Source: Pseudoramibacter sp.
Lineage (GTDB): Bacteria; Bacillota; Clostridia; Eubacteriales; Eubacteriaceae
DNA: 64,000 nt
Direction: 5' to 3'
NCBI RefSeq assembly: GCF_022484225.1
Contig: NZ_JAKVLT010000001.1
Span: 1,663,406-1,727,405, forward strand
Under the pieces are notes generated by a model. That model was given only the letters and a program-made list of their open reading frames with translations. It was not told the DNA's origin and did no database searches. Below are positions 1 to 9,099 of this stretch, piece by piece. A program made the position numbers and the translations under genes. Within the stretch, counting starts at the first letter, position 1; each line of letters opens with the position of its first letter.

Positions 1-365
1 CGCCATTTTGTGATGCTAAAAATAATGTCTGCTCCTGCAATAAAATACAGTTCTTTATCAGGGTAACTTTCTTTTACTTTTCGAATCGTGTCTATTGTAT
101 AGGTTTTTCCAACACGGTTAATCTCAATTGGAGAAACCTCAAAATAGGGATTAGACTTTGTTGCCAGACAAACCATTTCATAACGACTTTTTCGTTCAGA
201 TATATCGTTTCTCTGCTTTTCTTTGTATTTAAAAGGATTCATTCCCGTCGGAATAAAAATTACACGTTCCATATCAAATTGAACCCTAGCCGACTCTGCT
301 AAATGTAAATGGCCAATATGAATAGGATTAAAACTTCCGCCGAAAATTCCAATTTTCCCACCCAT
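1..365 (-). CDS. nadD: nicotinate-nucleotide adenylyltransferase NadD (partial; C-terminal end lies beyond the window edge)
   Basis: Open-ended, so absent from the ORF track. My minus-strand translation from the ATG at 363-365 reads MGGKIGIFGGSFNPIHIGHLHLAESARVQFDMERVIFIPTG... The GGSFNPIHIGH nucleotidyltransferase motif is typical of NadD. It sits directly downstream of yhbY, as in the Bacillus yqeI-nadD arrangement. Confidence 0.85.
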   Translation of the reverse strand, partial: MGGKIGIFGGSFNPIHIGHLHLAESARVQFDMERVIFIPTGMNPFKYKEKQRNDISERKSRYEMVCLATKSNPYFEVSPIEINRVGKTYTIDTIRKVKESYPDKELYFIAGADIIFSITKW

Positions 366-370
366 AATAT

Positions 371-673
371 TTATTTTTTCTTCGTTGGCAATTCAATGCG
401 AATATGCTGTAGATTTCTTTTAAACAAAACAAATGTATTTCCCATAACGTTGACGACATCAGCCTTTAATTCTGCTGCAAGATGTTCTGCAGCTGTCCTT
501 GCATCGACAGGCGCATTTTGCTGGACTTTGCCTTTTACCAATTCTCGCGCTACAATTGCTTTGTGTGCTTGATTCGTAATTTCCCTATCTATTCCAGATT
601 TTCCAATATATACAATAGGGTTTTCCGAAACTGCTAATTTTCTTAAATAACTTCTTTGTTTACTCGTTAACAT
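371..673 (-). CDS. yhbY: YhbY/CRM-domain RNA-binding protein (ribosome assembly)
   Basis: 100 aa ORF: MLTSKQRSYLRKLAVSENPIVYIGKSGIDREI...LVKGKV. This is the typical YhbY (CRS1_YhbY) signature. It lies between obg and nadD. Confidence 0.8.
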   Translation of the reverse strand: MLTSKQRSYLRKLAVSENPIVYIGKSGIDREITNQAHKAIVARELVKGKVQQNAPVDARTAAEHLAAELKADVVNVMGNTFVLFKRNLQHIRIELPTKKK

Positions 674-687
674 ATCTTGCTCTGCGA

Positions 688-1989
688 CTATTTAAAATAT
701 TCAAACTCTATTCCTTCAATGGACACAATATCTTCGTCCTGGATCCCTTTTTCTTCTAACGCTTTAAAAACACCGGCTTCTTTCAGTCTTCTCTGGAAAT
801 AACGCGTGGAAATCAAATCATCAAAATTAACTGAATGAATAAGTTGATCGAAATCTCCCTTTACAACGTATACATTATCTGATCCCCTTTGCTGTTTTTC
901 AATTGAGAATTTTGGTGCTGATGACTTTAAAGTATAGATCCGATCGACATCAATATCATTTTTCTCTTCACTAACAATGGGTTTTTGATCGGGAATTTCT
1001 TTCAACATTTTTATTGTGTAGCCAAGCAGCTGATCAATCCCGTTATTAGTTACAGAAGAAATTGTAAAAACGGGATATTGGCGTGCTTTGAGTTCTTCCG
1101 CAACTTTATTAACTGTTTCGAGGTCAGATAAATCAGATTTTGAAAGCACAACAATTTGAGGTTTATTTAACATTTTGGGATTATAGGCCTTCAATTCTGC
1201 ATTAATTTTATCAAAACAGTCAAGAGGTTTTTCTCCCATTACAGCCGTCTGAGAAACATCAAGAAAATGTAAAAAAAGTTTTGTCCTTTCGAGATGCCGT
1301 AAAAACTGCAGTCCAAGCCCAACACCCTCACTGGCACCTTCAATGATGCCAGGCACATCTTCGATAACAAAAGATTCAAAATTCTTCCACTCTACAACTC
1401 CAAGATTCGGTTCAATTGTTGTAAAAGGATAATTGCCAATTTTTGGCGTTGCTTTTGTTACTACAGAGAGAAAAGTAGATTTGCCTACATTGGGGAATCC
1501 AAGCAGTCCAACATCTGCAATTAATTTTAATTCAAGAATAAGTGTACGTTCTTCACCTTTCGAACCGCCTTGGGCAAAACGCGGCGATTGACGTGTAGAA
1601 GTCGTAAAATTGTAATTTCCTAATCCTCCGCGCCCCCCCCTCGCAGCAATAATTTTTTGACCGTCATTGCATAAATCGGCTAAAATTTCTCCGGTTGTAC
1701 GATCTTTCACAAGCGTTCCAACTGGAACTCTAACGATAATATCTTCACCGTTTTTTCCTGAACGTTTATTAGAGATCCCGTCTCCGCCATCTGTTGCCTG
1801 ATATTTTTTCTTATACTTAAATGGCGCAAGTGTTCGCATACTGTGGGTTGCTTGGATGATTACCGAGCCACCTTGACCACCATTTCCACCGTCAGGGCCG
1901 CCCTTTGGAATATACTTTGCACGGTGAAAAGTCATTCCTCCGTGACCGCCACGTCCACCTTTTACGTAAATTTGAACTTGATCGATCAT
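688..1989 (-). CDS. obg: GTPase Obg/CgtA
   Basis: 433 aa. It has the glycine-rich Obg fold (KGGRGGHGGMTFHRAKYIPKGGPDGGNGGQGG), G1 GFPNVGKST, G3 DVPG, and a C-terminal OCT domain. Confidence 0.95.
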   Translation of the reverse strand: MIDQVQIYVKGGRGGHGGMTFHRAKYIPKGGPDGGNGGQGGSVIIQATHSMRTLAPFKYKKKYQATDGGDGISNKRSGKNGEDIIVRVPVGTLVKDRTTGEILADLCNDGQKIIAARGGRGGLGNYNFTTSTRQSPRFAQGGSKGEERTLILELKLIADVGLLGFPNVGKSTFLSVVTKATPKIGNYPFTTIEPNLGVVEWKNFESFVIEDVPGIIEGASEGVGLGLQFLRHLERTKLFLHFLDVSQTAVMGEKPLDCFDKINAELKAYNPKMLNKPQIVVLSKSDLSDLETVNKVAEELKARQYPVFTISSVTNNGIDQLLGYTIKMLKEIPDQKPIVSEEKNDIDVDRIYTLKSSAPKFSIEKQQRGSDNVYVVKGDFDQLIHSVNFDDLISTRYFQRRLKEAGVFKALEEKGIQDEDIVSIEGIEFEYFK

Positions 1990-2083
1990 AAAGACTCCTC
2001 AAATCATAACTATTTCTACTTAATTTCCGTGAAAATGAAGAAAAGCTGCCGCAGGACGGCTGCGACAGCTCTTGGTTTTCTCA

Positions 2084-2374
2084 TTATTCAGCTAAACTGC
2101 TTGGATAAACAGAGCACTGTTTTTTGTTGCGCCCTAAACGTTCAAATGCAACGACGCCATCAATTGTAGCAAAAAGTGTATCGTCGCCGCCCTTTCCAAC
2201 ATTCTTTCCTGGATGGATTTTAGTTCCGCGTTGACGAACTAAAATATTGCCAGCCAAGACGTGAGCGCCATCACCCTTTTTTACACCCAAACGTTTTGAT
2301 TCAGAATCACGGCCGTTCTTTGAACTCCCGACACCTTTTTTATGAGCAAAAAGCTGTAAATCCATTTTCAACAT
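2084..2374 (-). CDS. rpmA: 50S ribosomal protein L27 with cleavable N-terminal propeptide
   Basis: [32 protein letters not shown]... An SD (GGAGGT) precedes the ATG at 2374. The longer track ORF (to 2425) overlaps prp and lacks an SD. The [14 protein letters not shown] propeptide is typical of Firmicutes L27. Confidence 0.9.
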   Translation of the reverse strand: MLKMDLQLFAHKKGVGSSKNGRDSESKRLGVKKGDGAHVLAGNILVRQRGTKIHPGKNVGKGGDDTLFATIDGVVAFERLGRNKKQCSVYPSSLAE

Positions 2375-2393
2375 GACTATTACCTCCAATTTT

Positions 2394-2756
2394 TCAGTCA
2401 ATGGTTCTTTTGTCTTTAACTTCAACTACCTTTACAAAATCACCATATGTATCTTCAATAAGCCGAATATTTAAAAGATATGTCTGCAGTAAAACATTTA
2501 GTCCATTTCTTTTTTTAACATCTTCTTCTTTTTCAAGAAGCGGGACATCAATTCTTGTTACACCTGCGCTGTGTTCTTCTAATATATCTTTTTCCTGATA
2601 ATGCAAGACTTCTGTCATTCCATTAATCAAAGCAATTGTCAATGCAGAAATTCCAGCGCAAACAATATCTTTTCCGCTATCTTCATATCCGCTATGTCCG
2701 GTCACATCAATATGAGTAACCGAATCTTCGTGATAGCGAATCCGGACACAAATCAT
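2394..2756 (-). CDS. prp: ribosomal-processing cysteine protease Prp (YsxB family)
   Basis: 120 aa between rplU and rpmA, with [20 protein letters not shown] (conserved His/Cys dyad region of Prp). The position is the canonical rplU-ysxB-rpmA arrangement. Confidence 0.85.
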   Translation of the reverse strand: MICVRIRYHEDSVTHIDVTGHSGYEDSGKDIVCAGISALTIALINGMTEVLHYQEKDILEEHSAGVTRIDVPLLEKEEDVKKRNGLNVLLQTYLLNIRLIEDTYGDFVKVVEVKDKRTID

Positions 2757-3071
2757 TTATTTTTCGATTTTTGTAATCTTAACTTTCATGAAAGGCTGAC
2801 GATGGCCCTGTTTACGACGATAATCTTTCTTAGGTTTGTACTTGTAAACAATGACCTTAGGACTCTTGCATAATTCAAGCACCTGTCCTTTAACCGTTGC
2901 ACCTTCAACAGTCGGTGTCCCAATAGCGATATCTGCGCCTTCACCAACAGCTAAGACATCATCAAATGTGACTTCATCATTTTCAGAAAGTCCTTTGATC
3001 TTTTCGATTTCAATGACATCATCTTGAGCAACACGATATTGCTTTCCACCAGTTTTAATAATTGCGTACAT
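2757..3071 (-). CDS. rplU: 50S ribosomal protein L21
   Basis: [24 protein letters not shown]... is the canonical L21 N-terminus. 104 aa. Confidence 0.95.
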   Translation of the reverse strand: MYAIIKTGGKQYRVAQDDVIEIEKIKGLSENDEVTFDDVLAVGEGADIAIGTPTVEGATVKGQVLELCKSPKVIVYKYKPKKDYRRKQGHRQPFMKVKITKIEK

Positions 3072-3146
3072 AAAAAATTCCTCCTCATGCCAGTCTCGCC
3101 ACTATAGGTACAATTCGTTTAAACCATAAGTGAGCGGCTTCATAAC
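3072..3146 (-). promoter_or_regulatory. 5' leader of the rplU-prp-rpmA operon (possible L21-leader type element)
   Basis: About 75 nt of untranslated leader lie between the predicted promoter and the rplU SD (GAGGAGG). An L21 leader RNA is known at this position in Firmicutes. I could not verify the consensus structure by eye. Confidence 0.35.
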
Positions 3147-3152
3147 GTGAAT

Positions 3153-3181
3153 AAGATATCACACCTACACTTTTGCGTCAA
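3153..3181 (-). promoter_or_regulatory. sigma-A type promoter for rplU operon
   Basis: Minus strand reads TTGACG, a 17 nt spacer, then TATCTT. Confidence 0.5.
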
Positions 3182-3190
3182 GGTTTTTGC

Positions 3191-4567
3191 TCAATTTTTG
3201 AGATATTTGCTTTGAAAATCAAAACATTCTTCAGCCACTTTTCCTGAGAGCACTAATAAACAAATCAAATTGGGTATCGCCATTAAACCATTCATTGTAT
3301 CCGATACATTCCACACTGTTTGAAGAGCGGTTGTTGCCCCCACATACGTAATAAGTGAATAAATGATGCGATAAATTTTTGTTGCAATTGGATGGTCGAT
3401 TAAATATTCAAAAGATTTTTCACCGTAGTATTCCCAACCTAATATAGTAGAAAAAGCAAAAAGCGCAATTCCAATGGTGACAATTAATGTGCCAGCCTGT
3501 CCCAGCGCGCTTGAAAAAGCAGCAATGGTTAAGCGAACCCCTGTAACTGGATTGCCCTGTGCATCTACACTGCCAAGAGCGCCGGATGACGCAATCACCA
3601 ACCCTGTGACAGAACAAATAATGATCGTGTCAAAGAAAGTACCTGTCATATTAATATATCCCTGACGTGACGGATGGTCCGTTTTAGCGGCAGCTGCAGC
3701 AATTGGGGCTGACCCTAAGCCAGCTTCATTTGAAAAGACACCTCTTGCTACACCGTAGCGGAGTGCCTGAGTAATAATCATGCCGCCTGCCCCTCCAGCT
3801 ACTGCTTTAGTTGAAAACGCCATGCGGAATATGGTGCTTATGCCAGGAATCAGATTGCCATGATTAATAATAATCACAACTACACCTGAAACGAAATAAA
3901 AAATTCCCATAATAGGAACAACTGTTCCGCAAACGCGGCCAATGCTTTGGATGCCGCCAACCAAAACAATAAAGACGAGCACTAAAATCACTAAGCCCGT
4001 AATCCAATGTGAGACTTTAAAAGTGCTCAACAAAGCGTCAGAAATAGAGTTTGCCTGTGTCATATTGCCAATTCCGAAAGAAGCCAATGAAGCAAAAAAA
4101 GCAAACAATACAGCTAATATTTTCCCAATTTGTTTTTGCGGGAACCCTTGTTCAAGTGCATACATCGGACCGCCAGCCATTTCTCCATTGGGCTTTCTGA
4201 CACGGTAGCGAACTGCCAGTACAGACTCGCTGTATTTCGTTGATAAGCCAAAAATGGCCGCAATCCACATCCAGACTAAAGCTCCTGGGCCCCCAAGGAC
4301 CATTGCTGTTGCAACACCAACAATGTTGCCCGTGCCAATTGTCGCAGCCAAGGCTGTCATAAGAGATTGAAAAGGCGTAATGTCTCCATTTGAATCATCC
4401 AAATATTTGGGTTTTGAAAAAACCAATTTAAGAGCATAACCCAAATTACGCCATGGTAAAAACTTTAATCGCACGGTTAAAAACACACCTGTTCCGACCA
4501 GCAAAACCAGCATCGCCGGACCCCACACAAAATTATTAACCGTCGAGATCAGCGCATCAAATTTCAA
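3191..4567 (-). CDS. alsT: alanine/glycine:cation symporter (AGCS family amino-acid carrier)
   Basis: 458 aa polytopic membrane protein. MKFDALISTVNNFVWGPAMLVLLVGTGVFLT...GNIVGVATA...GGPGALVWMW is typical of the AGCS family. Confidence 0.85.
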   Translation of the reverse strand: MKFDALISTVNNFVWGPAMLVLLVGTGVFLTVRLKFLPWRNLGYALKLVFSKPKYLDDSNGDITPFQSLMTALAATIGTGNIVGVATAMVLGGPGALVWMWIAAIFGLSTKYSESVLAVRYRVRKPNGEMAGGPMYALEQGFPQKQIGKILAVLFAFFASLASFGIGNMTQANSISDALLSTFKVSHWITGLVILVLVFIVLVGGIQSIGRVCGTVVPIMGIFYFVSGVVVIIINHGNLIPGISTIFRMAFSTKAVAGGAGGMIITQALRYGVARGVFSNEAGLGSAPIAAAAAKTDHPSRQGYINMTGTFFDTIIICSVTGLVIASSGALGSVDAQGNPVTGVRLTIAAFSSALGQAGTLIVTIGIALFAFSTILGWEYYGEKSFEYLIDHPIATKIYRIIYSLITYVGATTALQTVWNVSDTMNGLMAIPNLICLLVLSGKVAEECFDFQSKYLKN

Positions 4568-4717
4568 TAATTATTCCTTCTTTCCTAGACAGTGTATTTT
4601 TTTATTTTATCATAAGCAAAAATCTCTGTCATTTGAAATTCAACAAATAACTCGGTTTATTTCTATTAATATTTATGATATATTGAACTCGAATTATTAT
4701 CCTGAGGAGGAAATACA

Positions 4718-5107
4718 ATGCACTGCAAAATGACTCATCAAATGATTCGTGTATTTGACTTAGACCGCTCAATTCAATTTTACAAAGATGCTCTGGGCAT
4801 GCATGAAACGCGTAGAAAAGACGTTCCAAAAGGAAAATTTACGCTCGTCTATCTCGGAGATGGTGAAAGTGATTTTGAACTGGAATTGACTTATAATTAT
4901 AACCCTGCATCGCCCTATACTTTGGGAAATGGATATGGACATCTCGCTGTCTACGTAGACGATTTAGAAAAAGCGCATGAAGAACATCAGGCCAAAGGAT
5001 ACTGTGTAGGACCTTTAAAGGGATTATCTGATGACGGCAAAAAAAATTATTATTTTCTCACAGATCCAGATGGATATCAAATTGAAGTGATGAGACGTCC
5101 ACAATAA
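4718..5107 (+). CDS. gloA: lactoylglutathione lyase / glyoxalase I (VOC family)
   Basis: 129 aa. HQMIRVFDLDRSIQFYKDALGM...ELELTYNYN...GYGHLAV...DPDGYQIEV are glyoxalase I metal-ligand contexts. SD GAGGAGG lies 9 nt upstream. Confidence 0.8.
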   Translation: MHCKMTHQMIRVFDLDRSIQFYKDALGMHETRRKDVPKGKFTLVYLGDGESDFELELTYNYNPASPYTLGNGYGHLAVYVDDLEKAHEEHQAKGYCVGPLKGLSDDGKKNYYFLTDPDGYQIEVMRRPQ

Positions 5108-5118
5108 CCTTTCACTGC

Positions 5119-5158
5119 AAGTACCGATATCTTTTATGATATCGGTACTTTTCTTTTC
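5119..5158 (+). terminator. rho-independent terminator of gloA (hairpin overlaps the 3' end of the convergent helicase gene)
   Basis: AAGTACCGATATC-ttttat-GATATCGGTACTT followed by TTCTTTT. Confidence 0.7.
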
Positions 5159-7524
5159 CAAAAATTTTGTAATTCTTTGGATAACTGATGCGGCGTTGCA
5201 ATGCTTTTAGGCAGATTTAAATATTTAGGGAAAAGACGTTGATAACGCTTTTGTGCATATCGATCGTCAATCAAAAGAACCGCTCCATAATCATTTTCTG
5301 TGCGAATTACTCTGCCAATAGCCTGGAGAACTTTTGAAAATCCTGGAAAAAGATATGCGTAATCAAATCCTTTTTGTCCTTGAGATGAAAAATAATCTTT
5401 TAACATATCATTTTCTGGACAAACCATAGGCAGCCCCACTCCTACAACGGCTACACCAACCAGTGACTCGCCTGTCAAATCAATACCTTCGCTAAAGAAA
5501 CTTCCCAAAACAGCAAATCCAATCAATGTCCTCTCTTCTTTTTCATGCTCATGAAAACGATCAAGAAAATCTTGTTTTTCCTTCGCTGACATTGTCTTTT
5601 TTTGACAAATAATAGAATACGATGAAATTTCTGCCTGTTCGCTAAACTTATGATAAATTAACTGCATATAGGCATATGATGGGAAAAATATCATGTAATG
5701 TCCCTGCCGGGCTTGTAAAAAAAACGACAGCATTTCTACGACTTGATCTGCTGTTTGTTGACGATATTTATATTGAGTTGAAATGTCCGCACTGAGTAAA
5801 AGCAAATGATCCGATTGATACGGTGATTTTAAGTCAACCAGCGACATGTCTTTTCCTCCAAAAAAACGCTTATAATAAATTAAAGGTGATAACGTCGCTG
5901 AAAAATAGATAACTGCCCGACTATCGTTGGCTTGCTTTAATATCATTTGTTTGGGATTTAAACAATGTACGCCGATACAAATATCTTTTTGATTCTCTGA
6001 AATGGAAAATGAAGTTCGAGTTGCTTCGCCATAATATTCCAGAATGACCAATATACGTCTTAATTCCAAATAAAAGTTGATGATTTCTTCGTCGACGATT
6101 TGTTCGGACTTAGCAGCTTTAGAGAACCATACTTCTCCAGCAACTGCGGCTTTTTGCAAATTCTTATACAAATCGCGGGGAAATTCTTTTTCAACATTCC
6201 AAGATTTATTCAGATTAATTAGTTGCAGTCTGATTTTTTCAAGTTCATCAATTAGCGCCGTAAGTGCTCTATAAAATAAATTAATCTTTCGAATTTTTTT
6301 TCGTACATTTAATAATTTTATTTTAGAAATAGATCGGTCACTGTACATATCCCGAACACGGTCTATGAGATGATGCGCTTCATCTACCAGCAATATCGTT
6401 TCGTTTTCAAATCTTTCTTGAAATTGCAAATTTACAACAGGATCATAAAGATAGTTATAATCTCCGATTACCACATCGCACCAATGGCTAAGATCAATTG
6501 AAAGTTCAAACGGGCAAAGCCTATTTTGTTTCGCTATTCGCGTAATATGCTGAGAATCAAAGTTCTGTTCATTTTTTAATAATTCATAGAGAACCGGTTT
6601 GATACGGTCAAAATAATGATCCGCATATGGGCAATGAATTGGATCGCATTGTCGCACTTCCTGCAAACAGATTTGATCCTTTGCTGTAAGGGTAACTGAT
6701 CGAACAAAAATATCACTCTTCTTTTTTAACAACGCGAGTGCTTTTTCTGCAGCACCAGCACCCGTTGTTCTGGCAGTGGCATAAAAAATCTGAGTCCCCT
6801 TTCCTCTGGCTAATGCATGTAAGGCGCCTACCATAACCCCCATACTCTTCCCAATACCAGTTGGAGCCTGACAGATCAAAGTTCTCTTTTCTTCAATGGT
6901 CCGGAAAACAGCGCTCGCAATTTGATGCTGGCCTGGGCGCCACTTTTGAAACGGAAAAGGCATATTAACAATACTGACATTCCGACGGTTTGTCAGCTCT
7001 CTTTTTAATTCAAGCCACTTAGTCCATTCGCAAAATACCTGCTCGGCAAAACGAGAAAGAGAAGCTGCACTTTCCGTTTTTTTAATTTGACGAACAGTTC
7101 CACTCGGGACCTGATAAAAGGTTAACTGTACGTCAATTTTTTCAAGTTTATTTTCCTGACAAATGATCCAGGCATACAATCTGGCTTGAGCAAAATAATC
7201 CGGATAATCCAATTCAGAAATAAACATCACATTTTTCGTTGTCGTTTTTATTTCGTCAACTAATACTGGCATATTATTTCGATAAACCACACCGTCAGCC
7301 CGACCCCAAATATTAAAGCAGTAATCTTTATAATAAGTTTGATATTTGAGGGTGACTTCTGGATGATATGATGATTCCATCGATGCTTGAAGTTTTCGAT
7401 GAATCTCAGCGCCTTCTTGAGCTCTGTTCATCTGACCAGGCCGCGTATCGATGCTTCCTCTCTGATAAACAAAACCGACGAGTTCCCGAACGGAAAGGGA
7501 AATAACCTCCTGTTCTTTAGTCAT
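5134..7524 (-). CDS. XPD/Rad3/DinG-family Fe-S DNA helicase with N-terminal PD-(D/E)XK (RecB/Cas4-like) nuclease domain
   Basis: 796 aa. The N-terminus has GRADGVV...VLVDEIKTT (D...D-E-x-K nuclease motif). Then come Walker A QAPTGIGKS, four Cys in XPD-like spacing (ICLQEVRQCDPIHCPY...RLCPFE), the DEAH box (LVDEAHHL), and C-terminal helicase motifs (FFSEGIDL...GRVIRTENDYG). Confidence 0.8.
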   Translation of the reverse strand: MTKEQEVISLSVRELVGFVYQRGSIDTRPGQMNRAQEGAEIHRKLQASMESSYHPEVTLKYQTYYKDYCFNIWGRADGVVYRNNMPVLVDEIKTTTKNVMFISELDYPDYFAQARLYAWIICQENKLEKIDVQLTFYQVPSGTVRQIKKTESAASLSRFAEQVFCEWTKWLELKRELTNRRNVSIVNMPFPFQKWRPGQHQIASAVFRTIEEKRTLICQAPTGIGKSMGVMVGALHALARGKGTQIFYATARTTGAGAAEKALALLKKKSDIFVRSVTLTAKDQICLQEVRQCDPIHCPYADHYFDRIKPVLYELLKNEQNFDSQHITRIAKQNRLCPFELSIDLSHWCDVVIGDYNYLYDPVVNLQFQERFENETILLVDEAHHLIDRVRDMYSDRSISKIKLLNVRKKIRKINLFYRALTALIDELEKIRLQLINLNKSWNVEKEFPRDLYKNLQKAAVAGEVWFSKAAKSEQIVDEEIINFYLELRRILVILEYYGEATRTSFSISENQKDICIGVHCLNPKQMILKQANDSRAVIYFSATLSPLIYYKRFFGGKDMSLVDLKSPYQSDHLLLLSADISTQYKYRQQTADQVVEMLSFFLQARQGHYMIFFPSYAYMQLIYHKFSEQAEISSYSIICQKKTMSAKEKQDFLDRFHEHEKEERTLIGFAVLGSFFSEGIDLTGESLVGVAVVGVGLPMVCPENDMLKDYFSSQGQKGFDYAYLFPGFSKVLQAIGRVIRTENDYGAVLLIDDRYAQKRYQRLFPKYLNLPKSIATPHQLSKELQNFWKRKVPIS

Positions 7525-7823
7525 GCTTTGGTATAAGGCATCGGCAGCGGCATCCAGGCTGTGATTTTCGATATTACATTTCCATCTGCCTTGGCAACTT
7601 CAGCGTTATTAAAAATAACATTATCCATATCTTTGTGATTGGAATGCGTTAAGAAAATAAATTTACTGCCAGGTTTGTAAGGCGGAATATAATCTGCTAA
7701 AGCAACTTCTTCGCCTAGAGGTGTCTGAGCCTTCGAAGCCATTTGATAATGTGCAATACTAACCAGGCAAACTTGCTGCTGATTCGGCAAATGATCCTGA
7801 ACGCTTATCCAATTCTGTTCCAT
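7521..7823 (-). CDS. DUF551-like small protein
   Basis: 100 aa. It has an N-terminal WISVQDHLP and a C-terminal ITAWMPLPMPY, matching my recollection of the DUF551 signature (W.s..d.LP ... vthWmPLPepP). Its TGA overlaps the helicase ATG (ATGA at 7521-7524). Confidence 0.55.
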   Translation of the reverse strand: MEQNWISVQDHLPNQQQVCLVSIAHYQMASKAQTPLGEEVALADYIPPYKPGSKFIFLTHSNHKDMDNVIFNNAEVAKADGNVISKITAWMPLPMPYTKA

Positions 7824-7844
7824 AATAAAATCCTCCCTTTCGAT

Positions 7845-8336
7845 TTATACTAATAATCCTGCGAATATACCGCAGAAAAAACCAACCAATACATCGGACG
7901 GATAATGTACACCGCCAATAATGCGAATCAATCCCGTAAATACACTTAAAACCAACAGGCAAATGCCAATCGCTGGAAATATTCTCAAAAATACCATTGC
8001 AATAACCGTCGAAGAGAAAACGTGTCGGCTTGGCATTGAACATCCTTTTTTCTTTTTAATGATCAAAGGGGCAATATTCCATCTTTCGTATGGTCTGGGC
8101 CGATTAATGGCACGCCGAATAATACTTAAAAGAATAAAACTGATAGCAGGAACACAGAATATCCTCAAAAATCTCGTATCACTTTGTATCCATAAAACGA
8201 TCAGCAATACAGGATACATAAAAAAAGGAATCAATGTAAAAACACGGTTCAAATTTTTGCATAGTGTCAGTGCTAAGGGATGCTTCAAAAAAGGCTTCGT
8301 CCATTTCTCATAGAGCCCTTGATAATTTATTTTCAT
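7845..8336 (-). CDS. PAP2-family lipid phosphatase (BcrC/undecaprenyl-diphosphatase-like)
   Basis: 163 aa membrane protein with PAP2 motifs KxxxxxxRP (RRAINRPRP), SMPSRH and GGVHYPSD. Confidence 0.8.
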   Translation of the reverse strand: MKINYQGLYEKWTKPFLKHPLALTLCKNLNRVFTLIPFFMYPVLLIVLWIQSDTRFLRIFCVPAISFILLSIIRRAINRPRPYERWNIAPLIIKKKKGCSMPSRHVFSSTVIAMVFLRIFPAIGICLLVLSVFTGLIRIIGGVHYPSDVLVGFFCGIFAGLLV

Positions 8337-8340
8337 AATT

Positions 8341-9000
8341 TTATATCAAATTTAAATTTTCAAGTATTTCCCGATGCGATTTGACTGTTAGATCCGCTTT
8401 CGAGGCGTCCACTAATTGCGGAGCTGCACTTGCAAACAGCCAGGCATCAGCACCCGAACGCTTTCCTGCAAGAATACCATTGGTCGCATCATCAATAACC
8501 AAACAATCTTCTGGATGAACCCCCATCAACTTTGCGGCTTTTATAATAATCGCTGGATCAGGTTTTCCCGCTTCAACATCCTCCGACGTAACAAATCCGT
8601 CAAGATAAGGCTCTATTTTTAGCAGTCCAATGACTTTTTTTACAAGGTATCGCTTTGAACCTGACGCAATAGTCAAATGAAGTCCGGCCTGACGGCAAGT
8701 TTTAAAGCATTCCAGAACGCCTGGAAAAATTGCCGGCCTTTTATCTGGGTCGTCAAGGAGCTCAGCATAACGCTGACTTTCATACTCTGCCTGTTCCTTT
8801 GGAGAGACCTTAAGATGATAAGTCTCTTTTAGATAAGACCACCATCTTTCACACCCCATTCCCATGCTTTTTGCAATTTCTGCTTGATTTGGCGCAATGC
8901 CAATTTCTGCATACATTTTAACTTCTATCTGTTTATACAAACGTTCTGAATCTAAAAGTACGCCATCCATGTCAAAAATGATCCCTTTATATTTTTTCAT
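8341..9000 (-). CDS. HAD-IA family hydrolase (beta-phosphoglucomutase-like phosphatase)
   Basis: IIFDMDGVLLDSE (DxDG motif I), SGS (motif II), and K...DD (VIDDATNG). Confidence 0.8.
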   Translation of the reverse strand: MKKYKGIIFDMDGVLLDSERLYKQIEVKMYAEIGIAPNQAEIAKSMGMGCERWWSYLKETYHLKVSPKEQAEYESQRYAELLDDPDKRPAIFPGVLECFKTCRQAGLHLTIASGSKRYLVKKVIGLLKIEPYLDGFVTSEDVEAGKPDPAIIIKAAKLMGVHPEDCLVIDDATNGILAGKRSGADAWLFASAAPQLVDASKADLTVKSHREILENLNLI

Positions 9001-9060
9001 GCCCTGCCTCTCTTGATTACAAATGTATTTTAATTATAACAAACTGAAAATACGAATCAA

Positions 9061-9091
9061 ATAAAAAAGCACTGTGCTGAACACAGTGCTT
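9061..9091 (-). terminator. rho-independent terminator after the coiled-coil hydrolase gene
   Basis: Minus strand: AGCACTGTG-ttcag-CACAGTGCT followed by TTTTTTAT. Confidence 0.7.
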
Positions 9092-9099
9092 CATCAATT

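Noticed and set aside
1843-2169. 108-aa plus-strand ORF overlapping the obg 5' end and the rpmA 3' end. It stands for the many similar antisense track ORFs, for example 309-572, 3474-3665, 3942-4208, 7921-8313, 9595-9873, 19636-19998, 38387-38794, 39401-39739, 40349-40666, 44352-44675, 48318-48773 and 54168-54717.
   Set aside because: All lie antisense to, or out of frame within, ORFs with unmistakable conserved-family sequences. They have low-complexity or hydrophobic shadow-frame composition, no SD and no recognisable motifs. I treat them as shadow ORFs.
2375-2425. Longer rpmA ORF ([17 protein letters not shown]...).
   Set aside because: It overlaps the prp 3' end and lacks an SD. The ATG at 2374 has GGAGGT upstream and gives the canonical L27 propeptide [14 protein letters not shown].
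7521-7823. DUF551-like gene as a sign of a prophage.
   Set aside because: There is no integrase, repressor, terminase, capsid, tail or lysis gene anywhere nearby. The flanks are PAP2/HAD phosphatases and housekeeping genes on the same strand with tight spacing. No att-like repeats were seen.
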